Shown: piece after piece, positions 24,490-39,600 of the stretch
Layout of the letters: every line of letters begins with the position of its first letter
Position numbering within the stretch: the first letter of the stretch is position 1
NCBI RefSeq assembly: GCF_004010195.1
Contig: NC_057720.1
Coordinates: 78,794,132-78,858,131, forward strand
Reading direction: 5' to 3'
Source of the DNA: Chiloscyllium plagiosum
Lineage: Eukaryota
Length of the DNA: 64,000 bases
Notes under the pieces: generated by a model
Seen by the model: the letters and a program-made list of their open reading frames with translations, nothing else
Told to the model about the DNA's origin: nothing
Database searches by the model: none
Translations under genes and position numbers: made by a program

Positions 24490-25085
24490 AAACCTGCTCC
24501 CACACCTCCCCCACTCACCTCTGTCCAAAGTCCTAAAGGATAATTTCACATCCAACAGAGATTTTTCTGGACATCCACCCACCTCACCCCTACTGCGTTC
24601 ATTGCACTCGATGTGGTCTCCTCTACATCGGGGAGTCAGAACGCCAACTCGCAGAGTATTTCAGGGAATATCTCTAGGACACACGTACCAAACTGTGCTC
24701 GATAACTTCAACTTCTCTTCCCATTCTCCCAGGGACATGCAAGTCCTGAGCCTCTTCTACTGCCAAATCAAAGCCACCACCACCTAGAGGAAGAACGCAG
24801 ACTTCTGCCTTGGAACCCGTCAACCACACGGCATCAATATCAACTTCACTCATTTTCAAATTTCCCCTCCCCCACCTCATCTCAGATCCAACCCTCCAAC
24901 TCTGCACCACTCTCATGACCTGTCCTACCTGTCTGTCTCCATTTGCACCTATCCACTCTACCCTCCCCACTGAACAATCACAATTACCTCCCACCAGCAT
25001 GCACTTATCGCTTTCCCACCCACTTTCTCCCCACCAGCACCCCATCCCACCCCTCTATTTATCTCTCAGCCCCCTTCCTCCTCCA
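24490..25085 (+). mobile_element. Penelope GIY-YIG endonuclease remnant and 3' region
   Basis: YCVHCTRCGLLYIG...RQLAEYFREYL followed by the typical C-rich tail. Confidence 0.8.
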
Positions 25086-25907
25086 ATTTGGACATTTTTT
25101 AGTCATGTTAATGTAATTGCAGTTCCCATATTAATGTAATTGCAATTCCCTGTGTTTTAAACAACTTTATAATAGTCTTAGCTTGAGAGTTCCACTTAAA
25201 ATTGTGAAAGATATCTATTATTTATTAGATTATTTAAGTTATTGGAAATATCTATTTAATGTCAGAATTATTTCCTTGGCTTTAAGATGACTTTATATTT
25301 CCATTAAAAGTAGATGATAACTTGCTGTGAAGTGAAGCCCGAATCTGCTCTGATCACTTTGAGTATGGCTAGTTGCAGAGAAACCACTTTAAATTCAATC
25401 TCAAAAGAGCACCTTACTGAACGAGGGCTTTATGACCTTGGAGTAACCTTTTTATGACATCACTGAGCAACTTCCCACATGGCATAAATAGCAAAGCATG
25501 GGTGGAACTAAACAGACCAATTGAAGACAGATGGACATATAGACGACTGTCTCTTAACATTGTAACAATAAATTCAGAACCTAGTCAATCTCAGATTATT
25601 ATGTATGGTTTGAAATTATGTAATAAATAGAGTTTAATAAAAGCCTAAAGTGAAAGACACTTGCTTATAATTGGTACCATGTTCCATCCTGTTTAACTAG
25701 TACATGTTATTGTTATTGGGGTAGGACTAGCTAAAGACTAAAAAAATTCAAAATATTTGCTGCAGCCCAAATTATTTATTTAAAAAGAGGAGACTTGCTT
25801 CATTCTGTGATTAAGACTCATAGTTTTTTTTAGTGTTCGAAAGCTTGGATTCTAAAGTGGAAGAACAATATTTAGTTTCATTAACTGTCTTACACAATTC
25901 TAGTCGA

Positions 25908-26046
25908 AATGGGTGGCGCTGGAAAAGTACAGCAGGTCAGGCAGCATCCGAGGAGCAGGAGAGTCGACGTTTTGGGCATAAGCCCTTCATCGTATTCCTG
26001 ATGCTGCCTGACCTGCTGTGCTTTTACAGCGCTACCTTTTTCGACT
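25908..26046. mobile_element. Inverted Penelope pseudo-LTR pair
   Basis: AAAAGTACAGCAGGTCAGGCAGCATC ... GATGCTGCCTGACCTGCTGTGCTTTT. Confidence 0.75.
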
Positions 26047-26677
26047 TTGTTTTTTGTAAGACTTCAGGCTTTATTTATGAATAATTACACATTTTTCCTA
26101 CTGCAACATTCTAGTATGCAACTTAGAGACAACTGAGCAACTTCAACTCACTGGTTCACACCGACCAGGAGCACTCCTTTAGATATTGATAGGTAGAGCT
26201 TATTTCCTAAGATCAGCAAATTCTTTCAGGTGTTGTCTTTTACAACAACAGAGACACACCACACCTGCCATTAGATAGCACGTTCAAACTCAAGAAATTC
26301 CAATGCACTTTCTAATTAATTCAGTGTATTTACTGTTGAAATGCAAAACTATGTGATAGTTACCGGATAATCTATTATTTCCTTTGAATAATGCTCTTTG
26401 CCAAAGGTAATATGCCAAGGACAGTTGAAATAGTACCACATGGGATCCTTTGTACACCTATCTCAAAATCAGATTGAGCCTTGGTTCAAACTTTCACCCA
26501 AACTACCCAATTACAGTTACAAAATTTGCATTGCACAAGACTTTAAACTGCCTGCATAGTTGGACATCAGATTCAATGGCACTTTTGAATAAAAATGAAG
26601 AAACTCTGCTCTTTCTGTGGCCAACATCTATCCCTCAAAGAAATCCAATAAAGATAATAATAAAAAAGGTTACAAAC

Positions 26678-28901
26678 AAATTGACTGTGGTATTATGTAA
26701 AAGGTAATGTTGACTACACTTTAACCAATGTACAGTAGTTCTTTGTAAAGCATTTTAAACTGCTCACGCCGTATGACTATGAATCTAATTAGTCGTATTT
26801 TGGATATCACTTTCAGAAAGGTTTTATTCCGATGAACACACAAGGATTAAGCATGCAGATACCTATTGCAAAAATCAGAGCATACACTGTTTTATTCAAT
26901 GTGGCACATCAGGCCTGGTGTTTCTGCACTAGTTTGGCTCTGTTGATGGTATGTTATGAGCAGCACAAAAATATAACAGAGCAAATGAATGCAGGAATTC
27001 AAGTGAAAAAAAAAGTTGCTGCCACCATCATTTTAACATTGGAATATCTGTGACTATTTTGTGCCGCTTTTGCCCTCTTCTGCACGGATACTAGGAAAAA
27101 CTAAAAAACCTCACTGAGCTGAAATAATTCTTGCACAGATCAATGTTCAAATGTTTTACCAACTACAACCAAATTGGCTGTGGTCTTGTGTAAAAAGTAA
27201 TGTTGACTACACTTTAACCAATGCAGTTCTTTGTGAAGCATTTTAAACTGCTCAAAACATGACAAGGCGTTACGTTGCGATTAAGCAACTGGATTAGAAT
27301 TCATGAGGCCTAGACAATAATTCAGTTTGAGGACTTGGTTTCAGCGACCATCACTGGTGTCCTCTGTTTATGTTACAAAGGAACACTCAGGGACAAATTT
27401 AGTGGCTTGACCTGTTGGGGCTAATTTTATTCCGTCGAACTGTTGATATGAATTTTTGCTGCCTCATTTCTTGTAGTGTGTAAATTTCTGCTCTGTAGAG
27501 TAATCCCTTGAGACATTAATTTCATTGGTAACAGAGAGGAAGGTGTTGAAGTTGATCATTGTAATAACAGTAGTGTTGTCCCTTTGACAAATGCTAAAAC
27601 CTGACACGTTTGTTGTGCATGAGTGACTTTGGACCCGTTAAATTTAAGACTGGCATACAACAAACACAGCCAACATTTAAACCTACAAGGAAATGACTGT
27701 TTCAGTACATTTGGCAGGTCTAACAGTCCAACATTTTTGATTTATTCCACTGTCTATAAGACTGGCTTGAGCAATGTAACTAGTTACTCAGAGAAATTAT
27801 TCAATCCCTAGATTTCAGTTTAGTTATGGGCATAATCTTGTGGAATAGCCATTCAGCTCTTGTTTAAGCAGTTTTTTAAAAATTGTAATCTTTATAGTTA
27901 TGCTGCTGTTCCAAGAACAAGTAAATGATCATTCCACCCAACTGGACCACAGAGAAGAGGATGGTGTGTTGGAGTATTGGAAAGAGCTGGATAATACAGC
28001 AGGGCTCAGGTCAAAGGATGTTGTTTGTGACTTATCACTATGGGCTATTTCAGTGCTGTGTAGGGGCTGGAAATCTAATTGTGGGTCTTAAATATTGTGG
28101 GAAAGATGGGCATGAAAATGTGGATTGTGTTTCCTTTCATAAAAGAAACCTTGAAATGTTGTCAATTTTCACTTAAATGGATCAGTTCCCTAAGAATAGC
28201 TGAGAAATGTTTCCACGAAGGATCAAAAGTATTTTCAATCCTACAACTGCAAATCTTTTATCTCAGAATTTCCTTTTGAATAAGAGGCCATTTTTTTTAA
28301 GGAGGGTTGTTCACCTGTGGAATGAACTTCCTGAGGAAGTGGTGGCTGCGGGTACAATTACAATATTTAAATGACACTTGGACAGATACAGGACTAGGAA
28401 AGGTTTGGAAGGATATGGGCCAGGAGGAGGCAAGTGGGACTAGTTCAGTTTGGGATTATGTTCAGCATGGTCCGGTTGGACCGAAGGGTCTGTTTCCACG
28501 CCATATGGCTCCATGACTCTCTAACTAGTTGTCCTTAGGATATCACTTTAAAAAAAAGTTTTATTCCAATGAACGCACAAGGATTACTCATGCAGTTACA
28601 AATTGCAAATCAGAGCATATGCTGTTTTATTCAATGTGGCACACCAGTCCTGGTGTTTCCACATTCATTTAGCCCTGTTGACAGTATATTATGAGCAGCA
28701 CAAAAATATAACAGAGCAAATGCATGCAGGAATTCAAGTGAAAAGAAAGTTGCTGCTACCATCATTTTAACATGGGAATTTTTGTGACTATTTTGTGCTG
28801 CTTTTGCCCTCTTCTGCATGGATACTAGGAGAAACTATAAAACCTCACTGAGCTGAAATAATATTTGCACAGATCAATGTTCAAATGTTTTACCAACCAC
28901 A
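26678..28901. repeat. Interrupted tandem duplication (~490-bp unit)
   Basis: 26678-26766 matches 27173-27254, and 26800-27166 matches 28535-28901. Confidence 0.85.
28290..28521 (+). mobile_element. CR1 3' end fragment
   Basis: AGGGTTGTT...TGGAATGAACTTCCTGAGGAAGTGG...CCATGACTCT. Confidence 0.8.
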
Positions 28902-29149
28902 AAGCAGCAGCTGGTGGCTCTTAGTTTTAATAGATTAAAAACATAAACGAAAGAGTGCTCTCGAGTTGCAATGGTAGTATCCCTAGCTCTGTGCCAATAG
29001 ACCTGGTTTCAATGCCCACCTGCTCCAAATATATGTGTAATACCATTGCTGAACAATTTGAGTAGAAAATATCTGAATCATGGATGAAAAAGGGAAATCA
29101 GGAAACAAACATTTTGGGTAAAAATGTAAATGAATATTGATGGAGGATA

Positions 29150-30230
29150 CAGAACTGGTGTGAAGGTGGAAGACAAAGGGTGGTGGTGGAGGGTTGCTTT
29201 TCAGACTGGACCTGTGACCAGTGGTGTGCCACAAGGGTTGGTGCTGAGTCCACTGCTTTTAATCCTTCATATAAAATGATTTGGATGTGAACATATGAGG
29301 TAAATTTGCATATGACACCAAAATTGGAGGTGTAGTGGACAGCGAAGAAAAGTACCTCAGAGTACAATGGGATCTTGATCAGTTGGGCCAATGGGCTGAG
29401 GAATGGCAGATGGAGTTTAATTTAGATAAATGTGAGGTGCTGCATTTTGGAAAAGCACATCAGAGCAGGACTTATACACTTAATGGTAAGGTCTTGAGGA
29501 GTGTTGCTGAACAAAGAGACCTTGTAGTACAGGTTCATAGTTCCTTGAAAGTAGAGTCACAGGTAGAAAGGATAGTGAAGAAAGCGTTTGGTATGCTTTC
29601 CTTTATTGGACAGAGCATTCAGTATAGGAGTTGGGAGGTCATGTTGCAGCTGTACTGGACATTGTTTCGGCCACTTTTGGAATATTGTGTTGAATTCTGG
29701 TCTCAATCCTATTGGAAAGATGTTGTGAAACTTGAAAGGGTTCAGTAAAGATTTACAAGGATGTTGCCAGGGTTGGAGGGTTTGAGCTACAGGGAGAGGC
29801 TGAACAGGCTGGGGCTGTTTTCCCTGCAGCATTGGAGGCTGAGGGGTGACCTTACAGAGATTCGTAAAATCATGAGAGGCACAGATAGGGTAAATAGACA
29901 AGGTGTTTTCCTCCCTGGGTGGGGGAGTTCAGAACTAGAGGGCATAGATTTAGGGTGAGATGGAAAATAATTAAAAGGGACCTAAAAGGCAACTTTTTCA
30001 TACAGAGGGTGGTGTGTGTATGGAATGTGCTGCCAGAGGAAATGGTGGAGGCTGGTGCAATTACCACATTTAAAAGGCATGTGGATGGGTATATGAATAG
30101 GAAGGGTTGAGAGGGATGTGGTTAAGTGCTGGCAAATGGGACTAGATTGGGTTAGGATATCTGGTCAGCATGGACGAGTTGGACCGAAGGATCTGTTTCC
30201 ATGCTGTACATCTCTATGACTCTATGACTA
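29150..30230 (+). mobile_element. CR1 LINE 3' part
   Basis: GVPQG, DTKIGG, WQMEFNLDKCEVLHFG, 3' UTR and (CTATGA) tail. Confidence 0.92.
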
Positions 30231-31029
30231 TATGTGGGCACTTGGCTGCAGATTTGACTATATATTTGGTCTTCTCTCCTGTTGTGAGCTTTCTGCTGAG
30301 ATCAGGATGTTTCAGTTTCCGAGGACACAGAATCCCACTTGCTACAGATTGGGTGTCTCTCCACACTACACTGGATCAGTCTTACAGAGCCCCAGCTTTT
30401 TACAGTGGAAAAGGGGGTTGCAGTTGATAAAATAAGCAGGCCTCACACCTCCTAGTGATACACTATGTTCACTGTGTATGATGTTAATGCAAGAGAACAT
30501 GGTTAGCTCGCGCCAATTCCTTGACAGCAGTAAGGAAACCTAACAGACAGAAGTGGATTTCCCACCATAAAAAATCACCAGACTGCAGACCGCAAATAAA
30601 TTGCCTCAAGTTGAACAATTTGCCTATCCACAAACTTCAACAGCCATTCTTTTATCTTATATAAACATATTATATTAAAAAGTGCATTTTTGCACAGCAT
30701 TTGCCCGTGTTAAGTATGAATGCCCATCCCTCAAAAGATATGTGCATTTGGCTAAAAAGAAGAAAATGTGTTTATTTGTATTATGTAACATTTAACTAAG
30801 ATATAGACAGCAAGTATAATGAAGTCCACAAAGGAATGAAGACTTCACTTGAAAGGGAATTTCATCACCATGGCAATTTAGGTCCAGGTTAGTCTTCTAT
30901 AAGAATTAGTCTACACATTGCACTTGTATGAAATTCTCACCACATCTTACCAGCATTTTAATTTTGTGTTACATATTTGAAAACCAAACTGGTTTCCAAA
31001 CACAAACAAAACCTGAATGCATTCTTTAA

Positions 31030-31381
31030 GTGCATGGATAGGATAAATAGACAAAGTCTCTTCCCTGGGGTCGGGGAGTCCAGAACTAGAGGGCATAGGT
31101 TTAGGTGAGAAGGGAAAGTTATAAAAGAGACCTAAGGGGAACTTTTTCACGCAGAGGGTGGTACGTGTATGGAATGAGCTGCCAGAGGATGTGGTGGAGG
31201 CTGGTACAATTGCAACGTTTAGCAGACATCTGGATGGGTATATGAATAGGAAAGGTTTGGAGGGGTATGAGCTGGATGCTGGCAGGTGGGACTAGATTGG
31301 GTTGGGATATCTGGTCTGCGTGGATGAGTCTGCGCGAAGGATCTGTTTCTGTGCTGTACATCTCTATGACTCTATGACTCT
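31030..31381 (+). mobile_element. CR1 3' end
   Basis: GESRTRGHRF..., 3' UTR and CTCTATGACTCTATGACTC tail. Confidence 0.9.
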
Positions 31382-31619
31382 ACTGCTGGTTATTCCCCCA
31401 ATACTTTACCCCTCCCCCACAAATTAAACCAACAGAAAGTGCTGGGTTTGGCAGCATCTGTGAATGGAGTGAATGTTTCGAGTCCTGCATGGCTCTTTTT
31501 CAGAACTCTTCACTCATACTAGTCACACTTCCAACTGCATTATTTGTTTTCATTACCATCCTAAATTATTCATGTCACACTATTGTTTTCTGGTAAAATT
31601 GTGAATGGTGACATTGTGC

Positions 31620-33650
31620 TAATGGTACCAGCAAATGAAATTCTGAAGTTCAGAATTGAAGCTCTGGAAGCATTATTTCAAATACCATCACAATGCTAAA
31701 GGAATTTCAATGTAATTAACTAATAAATTTGGACTAGAATTTTAGACGCTAATATTCATAATGGAACAAGCAGGACAAAGAGTTGGACAAATGGAAAACC
31801 ATTTCATCCCCATATGGCCTTCAGGGGAGGGAATCTGACATCATTACTTACTGTGGCCTAAATATGGCTCCAGATCCACAGCAATGTTATGAATTCTTTA
31901 TTAACTACCTTCTGTAATGGCCGGTATGTCATTGTTATAAAAAGATAAAGAATAAAGTTGATGGACCATCCAAAATCAAATCAGGAAATGGAAATAACAA
32001 AAGTATATCTTGCTCAGTTGACCCTGCAATATCCTCCTAAATATCAACTGGGAATTGTGCCAAAATTGGCAGAGCTGTCCAACAAACAACTCAAGAAACT
32101 GCCTGGCTTAGTCATATCATAAATCATACCTGACAGCCAATGCTTCAGCCTCCTCCATCAACATCCCTGTCTCACTGGCGAGTAGACACAACAGAGCTGA
32201 GGAGGATCAAAGGTATACAGTCAGGAGGTTGTGAGAGTCCTGAGATTCCTCTACTTTGACTTTGAACAATCTGATGTTTCACGGCATCAGGTCAAACATG
32301 AGCATGGAAACCTCCTGCTGATTACCACCTTTCCTCCTCCTACCCTGTTTTCAACTGAGAAGTCAGTTTATCTCTATGTTGAATACCACATAGATGAAGC
32401 ATTCAGGGTTAAAGGTACTTTGGATGGGATCTTCAATGTCCCTCACCAAGTAGCTCAATAGTATAAAAGTTGGGGACTGATAAGGCCCAGTGGGCCATCA
32501 GCATATGTGGAACTGAATTCAACAACAGCCTGTAACCCCCATCCTGCAGCTTAAGTGAGGGGTACATTGGAGCATGCCAGAAGTTAATTTTGTGGTAGAG
32601 GTGCACTCACGGAGCTGGGAGAGATAGAGTTCCAGAATTTTGACAGAGTGAAAGGATGAAAATGTACTTCATAGACAGGGCAGTGGTATCTTGGAGGTGA
32701 ATAAGCAGACAGTGGTGTTCCCATGCACCTGCTACCCTTGTTATCATCACTACCTGTTCAGTTTGGCAGACCTACAGAACTCACATGGGAATGATCTACA
32801 GGTCCCTGAACAATATCCATGATGTAGGGGGACATATATGCAATAAAATATTCAACGCTTGTGATAAAGGGACAGGAATAAGCATGGATAATTTTAACCT
32901 ACACATAAACTGAAAACATTGGATTGGTAACAGGAGTTACTTACCTTGATGGCGAACAAATAAAATATTTTCAAAATAGTTGTTCAGAACAGCACATTCT
33001 GGAACTAACCAGAGAATAGTTTGTATTAGAATTGGCATTGTATAACATGACCGGAGTAATAAATTGTGATTAATAATTACTTGACTCTTGTTAAGATGGA
33101 GATAAGTAGGTTCCTGTTGGTCAATGGAATCAATGGCTATTAGGGGTAGAGGGTGAGGGCAAGTTACAAGTCAGAACACAAATAGTTCAGCCATGATCTT
33201 ATTGAATGTTGGAGTAGATTCAAAGAGGTGAATATCTTCTTTTTGTTCCTAATTTGTAATTGTATATTTCTTAAAGATTCACTGAACTTTGGAGCTACCA
33301 GTTGAGAGAAATTGGTAGAATGTTTCCTTTTCCATATTTGACCTGATACCATGAGACTGATTCGAGGTCAGAGTTAGTGCTGCGAACTATTGGACCATTC
33401 TTTTGTGACTGCACATCCACGTGCCACCACCTCTGGTGGAACTGTCCTGCTGGTGGGGAGGAACATAAGCAGGGTAGTGAGGTGGGAGTCTGGAATCTGT
33501 AAGATATGATTCAGTGAACATGACTATATCGGACTATTGCTCCTCTAATGTTGATGTAAATCCAGGATAACAGGAAGTCAGAACTGAAAGGACGGAATTG
33601 TCATGATGTGCCATTGTGGTATCTGATGCCCAGATACATACCAGATGGTC
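31620..33650. mobile_element. Old LINE endonuclease-region and SINE remnants
   Basis: Degraded endonuclease-like segments (QVKHEHGNLLLITT..PP..., GIFNVPH) and CR1-like pieces. Boundaries unclear. Confidence 0.4.
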
Positions 33651-36600
33651 AATCCAATTTTACTCCTATTAACATTTATGTGGTTCTCAGTTATTTCAGT
33701 GGGCAGTTAAGAGCTAACCATATTGTCGTGATTCTGGACCACTGCAGATTCAACAAAATGAGAGGATAGTATATTTCTTACTTTGAAGGACATTTGTGCA
33801 ATAGATAGCTTTTCTCCTAGGTTTTCACAGCAATTGAGTAGCTTGTAGCCACTATTATTGGGACCATTTTTTATTCTGAATATACTAATTAATTGAATTT
33901 AAATACCCTTAGCTGCTGTTCTGGGATTTGAATTTGTGTCACTCAAACAATAGGCTCATATGTCTAGATTACTCATCTACAGTAGTTACATTGGCACGTA
34001 TCTGTGCCCTTGTGCAACAAGGTTGGTAGAATGCCATCTATTTACCTAGCATGATTGACAATGAAACACATTGAAAATTATTGAGGAGACAATGGCAGGC
34101 AAACACATGACACTTCACAACTGAAATGCTGAATCAAAAATAATGAATTTTTCTGGAGTTTGATCAAAGCAGCAGTGATGGTTGCTCCCTAAGCAAGCAT
34201 TTAGATTAAAAATTGTTTTGGGAGTGTCTTTGACAATTTGGTCACTTGTCATGAATAATTCACATCACAAAGGCTCCCATGTCTCCTCAAATAGACAGTT
34301 CAGATGACTATAGTAATTTAATAAGAGTCTGCTATTACAGCAACAAAGACAAATTGAACTACACTTAATTGTTAAATCAGAAAGCTTCATGATAAGTGTA
34401 ACAAAATACCTGATTTGATTTAACTTTAGCATCCAATTTACACATGTTTTGCATTGTCTATAAAGGAAAATTAAGATTGAAAATTAGGTATGTAACTTAG
34501 TCAATGAGGTAATATATTCAAGTGAAATATCTAAATCCTATATCATTTTTCTTTTGTGTAACACGGGTCTGCAGGGAACAGCCATTAATATCAATCAAAT
34601 TGCCTGGATTACCTTGAACAGAAGACGTTAGTAAGTCAAGCAGGTGGTCTATGGAATGTCAAATGAGTGTGTTTCCTGACCAATATCCTGCTCCCTTATG
34701 CAGAGACACCAAGGGAAATTCTAATATTTTATTGTCATTTGTGTAGACAGCAGTTAACTCAGCAGATATAAGCCTTTTTAGTCTGAACAACTTCTCACCC
34801 TCACCTTACTTTACAACTCTGAAACATTTGGGACATGTTGCTGCATTAAAAAGTTGTTAATACATTTTGCAGGTCACTGGATAACCCTTAAACGGCAGTG
34901 GAAACCCTCTAACATTGCCTTTTAAATTGAGAAAGGTTCCAGTATTTGTAAAATTGTCATTTGTAACATGCGGACATTACAATGTTTTTCACAGCCAATG
35001 ATGTGCATTTTGATGTGTAGTCATAATATTTAAGAAAGTGGCAGCCAGCTTATGCCCATCTATTCCCAGAAGAGAATCTGGCTGAAAGGCAATATCAGTG
35101 CAGTCTATCAAATGGCTGGACACTAACTACAGGCAACAGACTTCCTTGGAGGAACATTGTGGGAAGAAGTCATTTACAACAATCAAATGGATTCATGCCC
35201 CACTGACTCAATGGCCAGATTCTTTATAGTTGGGCCAGTACTGTAATAATGAGAATTTGAGTCTCCTAGTAAGCATGCAATAAGTGCATGACTTGATGTA
35301 CTTTATTTGTGTACTTTATACTAAAGACATCTCCCTGCTTTCAATGAATGCACCAATCTACAATCTACTCATTGTTGGTTTGATGCGGTCACTAGCATGG
35401 CAACTTGCCCGCAATTCATACACTCAAATGATTCACTAGTACCACCACCCAGTGCTGTAAAAGCAAGTTGGCATTCCTCAGTGTGTTTGTGTCTGGTGGA
35501 TTGCTAAAAACAAAATTCACTTAAACTCTCAGTCTGGTAATAATTTTTTACCCGAATAATCAGGAGTTAAGTATTCCTGACTTCTGAAATAGTAATTCTT
35601 TAATTGCATTTCTTTATTTTGTTTTATTCAATTGTATGTGCAGACCTTTGTGTTTTTCTCATCTTTATGAACCAATATTGACCAGATTTAAAATATCATC
35701 ACTTTTAAACCTTTAATGCATTTGGAAAATCTGCCATACATTGTGCCAGTAGAATGTTCTGAGACATTTTTCTGATGCATGATTTTAAGAGGCAAGTAAA
35801 GAATTATTTCTCTGTTGGCATCAGAGAAACTGAACTCCCAAAATTATGTGTACTAATGTATTTAATTCATACTGTACCTAAGATTAAATAAATGCCCATG
35901 ATCAATTTAAATCTCAATGAGTGTCCAGATATGGCACAATTGCATGTCACAGAAAACCACAAACTATGTGCTTGTATTTTAATTGGTTTCAGCAGAAATT
36001 AGGCCATGTTCTTTCTGGCATCCTATCCTAAGTCAGCCTCCAAACATAATGTTATCATGGTGACTTAAATCCATAATTATTGCCTTTAACTTTTGTCTGT
36101 GCTGTATTGCTTTACCACCTCAATCCTGTCCCCAGTTTTCACTCACTTCCTTGTTCAGTAAAAGCACTAATGCTCTACTTGTGTATATATATATCACATT
36201 TTATTCTAATAAGACAAATAACATAAAAATAAATTGATATTTTACAACCATATTGACAAGCTCAGTAAGAAAAATTATGTAATGTCCATGCTTAAACAAT
36301 AAAAAAGTAAAACTATTAAAGTAAAACTATTACATTACTAAAATAAAGGCAACCAGCTGTGAATACATTGCTTTGAATGCATGAAATCTCTGTTCCTTCC
36401 TCTCTCACACTATTTATGGTTCTTTCCATCTGTTCTGCCATGGAAGAACTAGGCTGTTGAATCCCTGACTTGTCATACTCACTCCCTTAATTCCATCAAG
36501 TCAATTTGTGTCGTATAAATTTTTAGCTTTCCAGGTAACTTAACATAGTAGCCTTCCACCTTAACGATCCTAGGTTCTCAAAAGAGCTGTTCAGAAATCT

Positions 36601-39600
36601 AGTGCAGTGCTGTATATCTAAGGGTCACACAATGGACATTCTGGATGTCTTCCCTCCCTGAGCTTCATCATACTCTTCCCCTCATTCCTCTAGACTTCTT
36701 CCCAAGCCTTTCCTTCCCATGCATTGCATGGTGCAACAGAGGACAGGGAAGGATAGGCTATGGAAGGATCTGCCCTCCAGTATTTCTAAGTTGTTACAAT
36801 GCCAGAAAAATGAAAAACACATAATCAAACGCAATAAATCATAGTCGCTCAATGCACAGCATGTGTGGTGATAAATCAAAACTCATGTGCTTTCCACCAT
36901 ATTAAACAGTTGGAATAAGTAAGCAATCAACAGGGATGGAGGAAATATTTCAAGGTGATATTAATATTTCAAGTAAAGCAGAATGGAGGTGCTAAAGTTA
37001 ATTACACAGTGGAGAAAATCAATTAAAGTGTACACATTCAGGTTTCAAAAATTAAGTAGAGTTCCACATGAACTTGTTTGGTTTTCCTTTAGTAGTCATA
37101 ATACTACAACATGCTGGCAGTGAACAGAAGGATTGCCTGACAGATGACAGGTTCTTTTCTTGTTTTGAGTTTAGGAATTGGTTTGCAAATCTGATTCAAA
37201 TTTGGATTTTGTTGACTGAAGGTTGTCAGGCATTGCATGTGGGAGAGCAGCAAAATTTGGCTAGTGAATGAAACACCATCTAAGATCCACTGTTAAACCT
37301 GATTAAAACATTGCACTTTGTGGTTACAAGCTCGTTCCCAGTCATGGTGATTATTAAAAATTTACTAAAGACCTGACAGTTATCTTCACCACATCCACTA
37401 TGTTACATCAAGGGACCCAATTCCTTTTGATGATTATATAGCCGTTTTGCATTCATCGTGGATAAAAATTAGATCATTATTCTATATCAGTCTTCAATCA
37501 AAAATAAAACAATACATACACCAGTTATTTAATTTTTTCTAAATGGGAACATTTTAATGGATCTCTACCCTAGTACATGGTATACATTTGTTACTCAGTA
37601 TGTCTTATATTTTGCTTGCTAAAATCTTAGCACACAAACTATTTTTTGAATTCATACGAATAAGGCCACTTGAGACTGTTCCATTGAATCATATCATGAC
37701 CCATTTCTATCTCAACTCCAATTACTCATCTTTTATTCATTTACCATTAATACACTGACACAACTAAAATGGCAGTTTTGAAATTTTGAATGATAGTCTT
37801 TAGAAGTTGCAGTTGACAAAAGTTTTGCTAAAATATCTATCATGGGATTTCACCTAACTGACATAGCTCGAATTTGAAACATTCAGCTACAGCTATTTCC
37901 TGATCTAAAGTTATTATCAAAAAAAATCCAGCGTGTCTATGCCAAAATGACCAACATTTCTCAAATATAAATTCGCCAATGTCGCCAACTGGTGGTTGTT
38001 TAACCTGAGGGTCAGGCGAGGGCAGAGATTGAGAAGGACAATCGTCCGTGGTAAACACAAATGTTTGCTTACACTTTCAATATCAACTTGCTCTTGCTGA
38101 GAAAAATGGGAAGTGTAACAGGCCAACTGAGCAGACCAGAACCTCAGACACTTGAGGTCCCTCAAAATGAAACTCAACAAACCTTTCATTATCAGTCCTC
38201 ATTGTGCTCAGCATTATTACAACTAAGAAATGTCTGACTCTGGGGAGGGGCAAAGTTCTGCCACTGCTGCAAGTCCAACAACTACTCCTTTTCACAGATG
38301 TCATGCAACACTAGTATAATTGTCTAGTAGGATATGGCAGAGATGAGTGTCAGCAAATAGATCAAAAGAGCAGGCAAAAGTTATATGTGAATTAAAATAT
38401 AATTGCCTGAGTGTGTGACCAAATGAGGGATATGAGGAACAAGATATCAATGGATTGGAGTTTGTGGTATGTGAAGAACTAAGGATAGCTCTTACCTTTC
38501 CAAATCAAAATAGAAGTATAGAAATCAGAGTGACTCAGTGAGATCATTCAGATGATCGAAAGTGAGTTCTACAAGTAAAATGAAAACATCATGACAGTCA
38601 AAACAAAATTCAACATGAAAAGAGAAAACGCCATTAAACTGGAATACTGGACCAATAATTATCAACTGCTAACTTCAAAGTAATTACATGTATCCATGAT
38701 TATATTGGTCTTTCAATATCATTTTGCTCTTCCTTAAAAATGTCTAAAACTTTAAAATGCTAACTAAGCAAACTATGACTTCAGCATTGAGATATTTCAG
38801 GTCATTCAAAATTAAAATTCACAAAGCTTTCACTTTGACATATTTGTGAATAAATATATAAATCTTGCACATCCTGGAAGCACTATCCCAACTTCTAAAG
38901 AGGGTAACCTACAGGTGAAGTAGGGAGACAACGTACATTCAGGATAGGTTAGTCAAGAGCAGTAATCCAGGGGCGGGGTTGCACTGACATTTGGCCATCA
39001 GAGGCAGTCAGGTTCTTGGAATCCATACCTCTGCAGGACCGTTTACTGGGTCATGGTCAGTCAAGTGGATGACTGAAACCAGCCTGGGAGTTGGGAGAAC
39101 ACATCTGGGAAACTGTAGAGACAACAGTTGGATGCCCGGTCATTCATTGTTCACCCTGTCTGTATAGGTTGTTCAAAGGGGTGGCCATATCAGTCCTCAT
39201 TGTTACAACTGAGAAATGTCTGACACTGTGGACGCACTGCTGCCAGTGATGCAAGGCCGACAACTATTCCTTTTCACAGGTGTCTTGCAACATTGATGTT
39301 ATTATCCAGTCGGATATGGCAGAGATGAGTGTCAGAAAATGGCTCAAAGTAGCATGCAAAGTAATATGTAAATTAAAATCATTTTAAAATGAATATGTTA
39401 AAGAATGTCTGGACACGGTGAACAAGATACCACTGGATTGGAGTTTGATGTGCGTGAAGGATAGTTCTTACCTTTCCGAATCAAAATATAAGTGCGACGC
39501 TGCGAGATCACTCATTGAAATGTAGTGAGTTCGAAAAGAAAAGTGAAAACATCATGAGTCAAAACGAAATTCAACACAAAAATACAAAGACTGGCATCAA

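Noticed and set aside
25429-25470. TTTATGACATCAC motif resembling the module-M CRE
   Set aside because: Only a short match with no X-box or flanking similarity.
34574-34629. Possible plus-strand exon (CTGCAG|...|GTAAGT)
   Set aside because: No recognisable peptide and no partner exons. Such sites occur by chance.
38496-38547. Ig/TCR-type leader exon (MISLSHSDFYTSILIWK, phase 1)
   Set aside because: The frame is not conserved in the paralogous N copies and no V exon follows.
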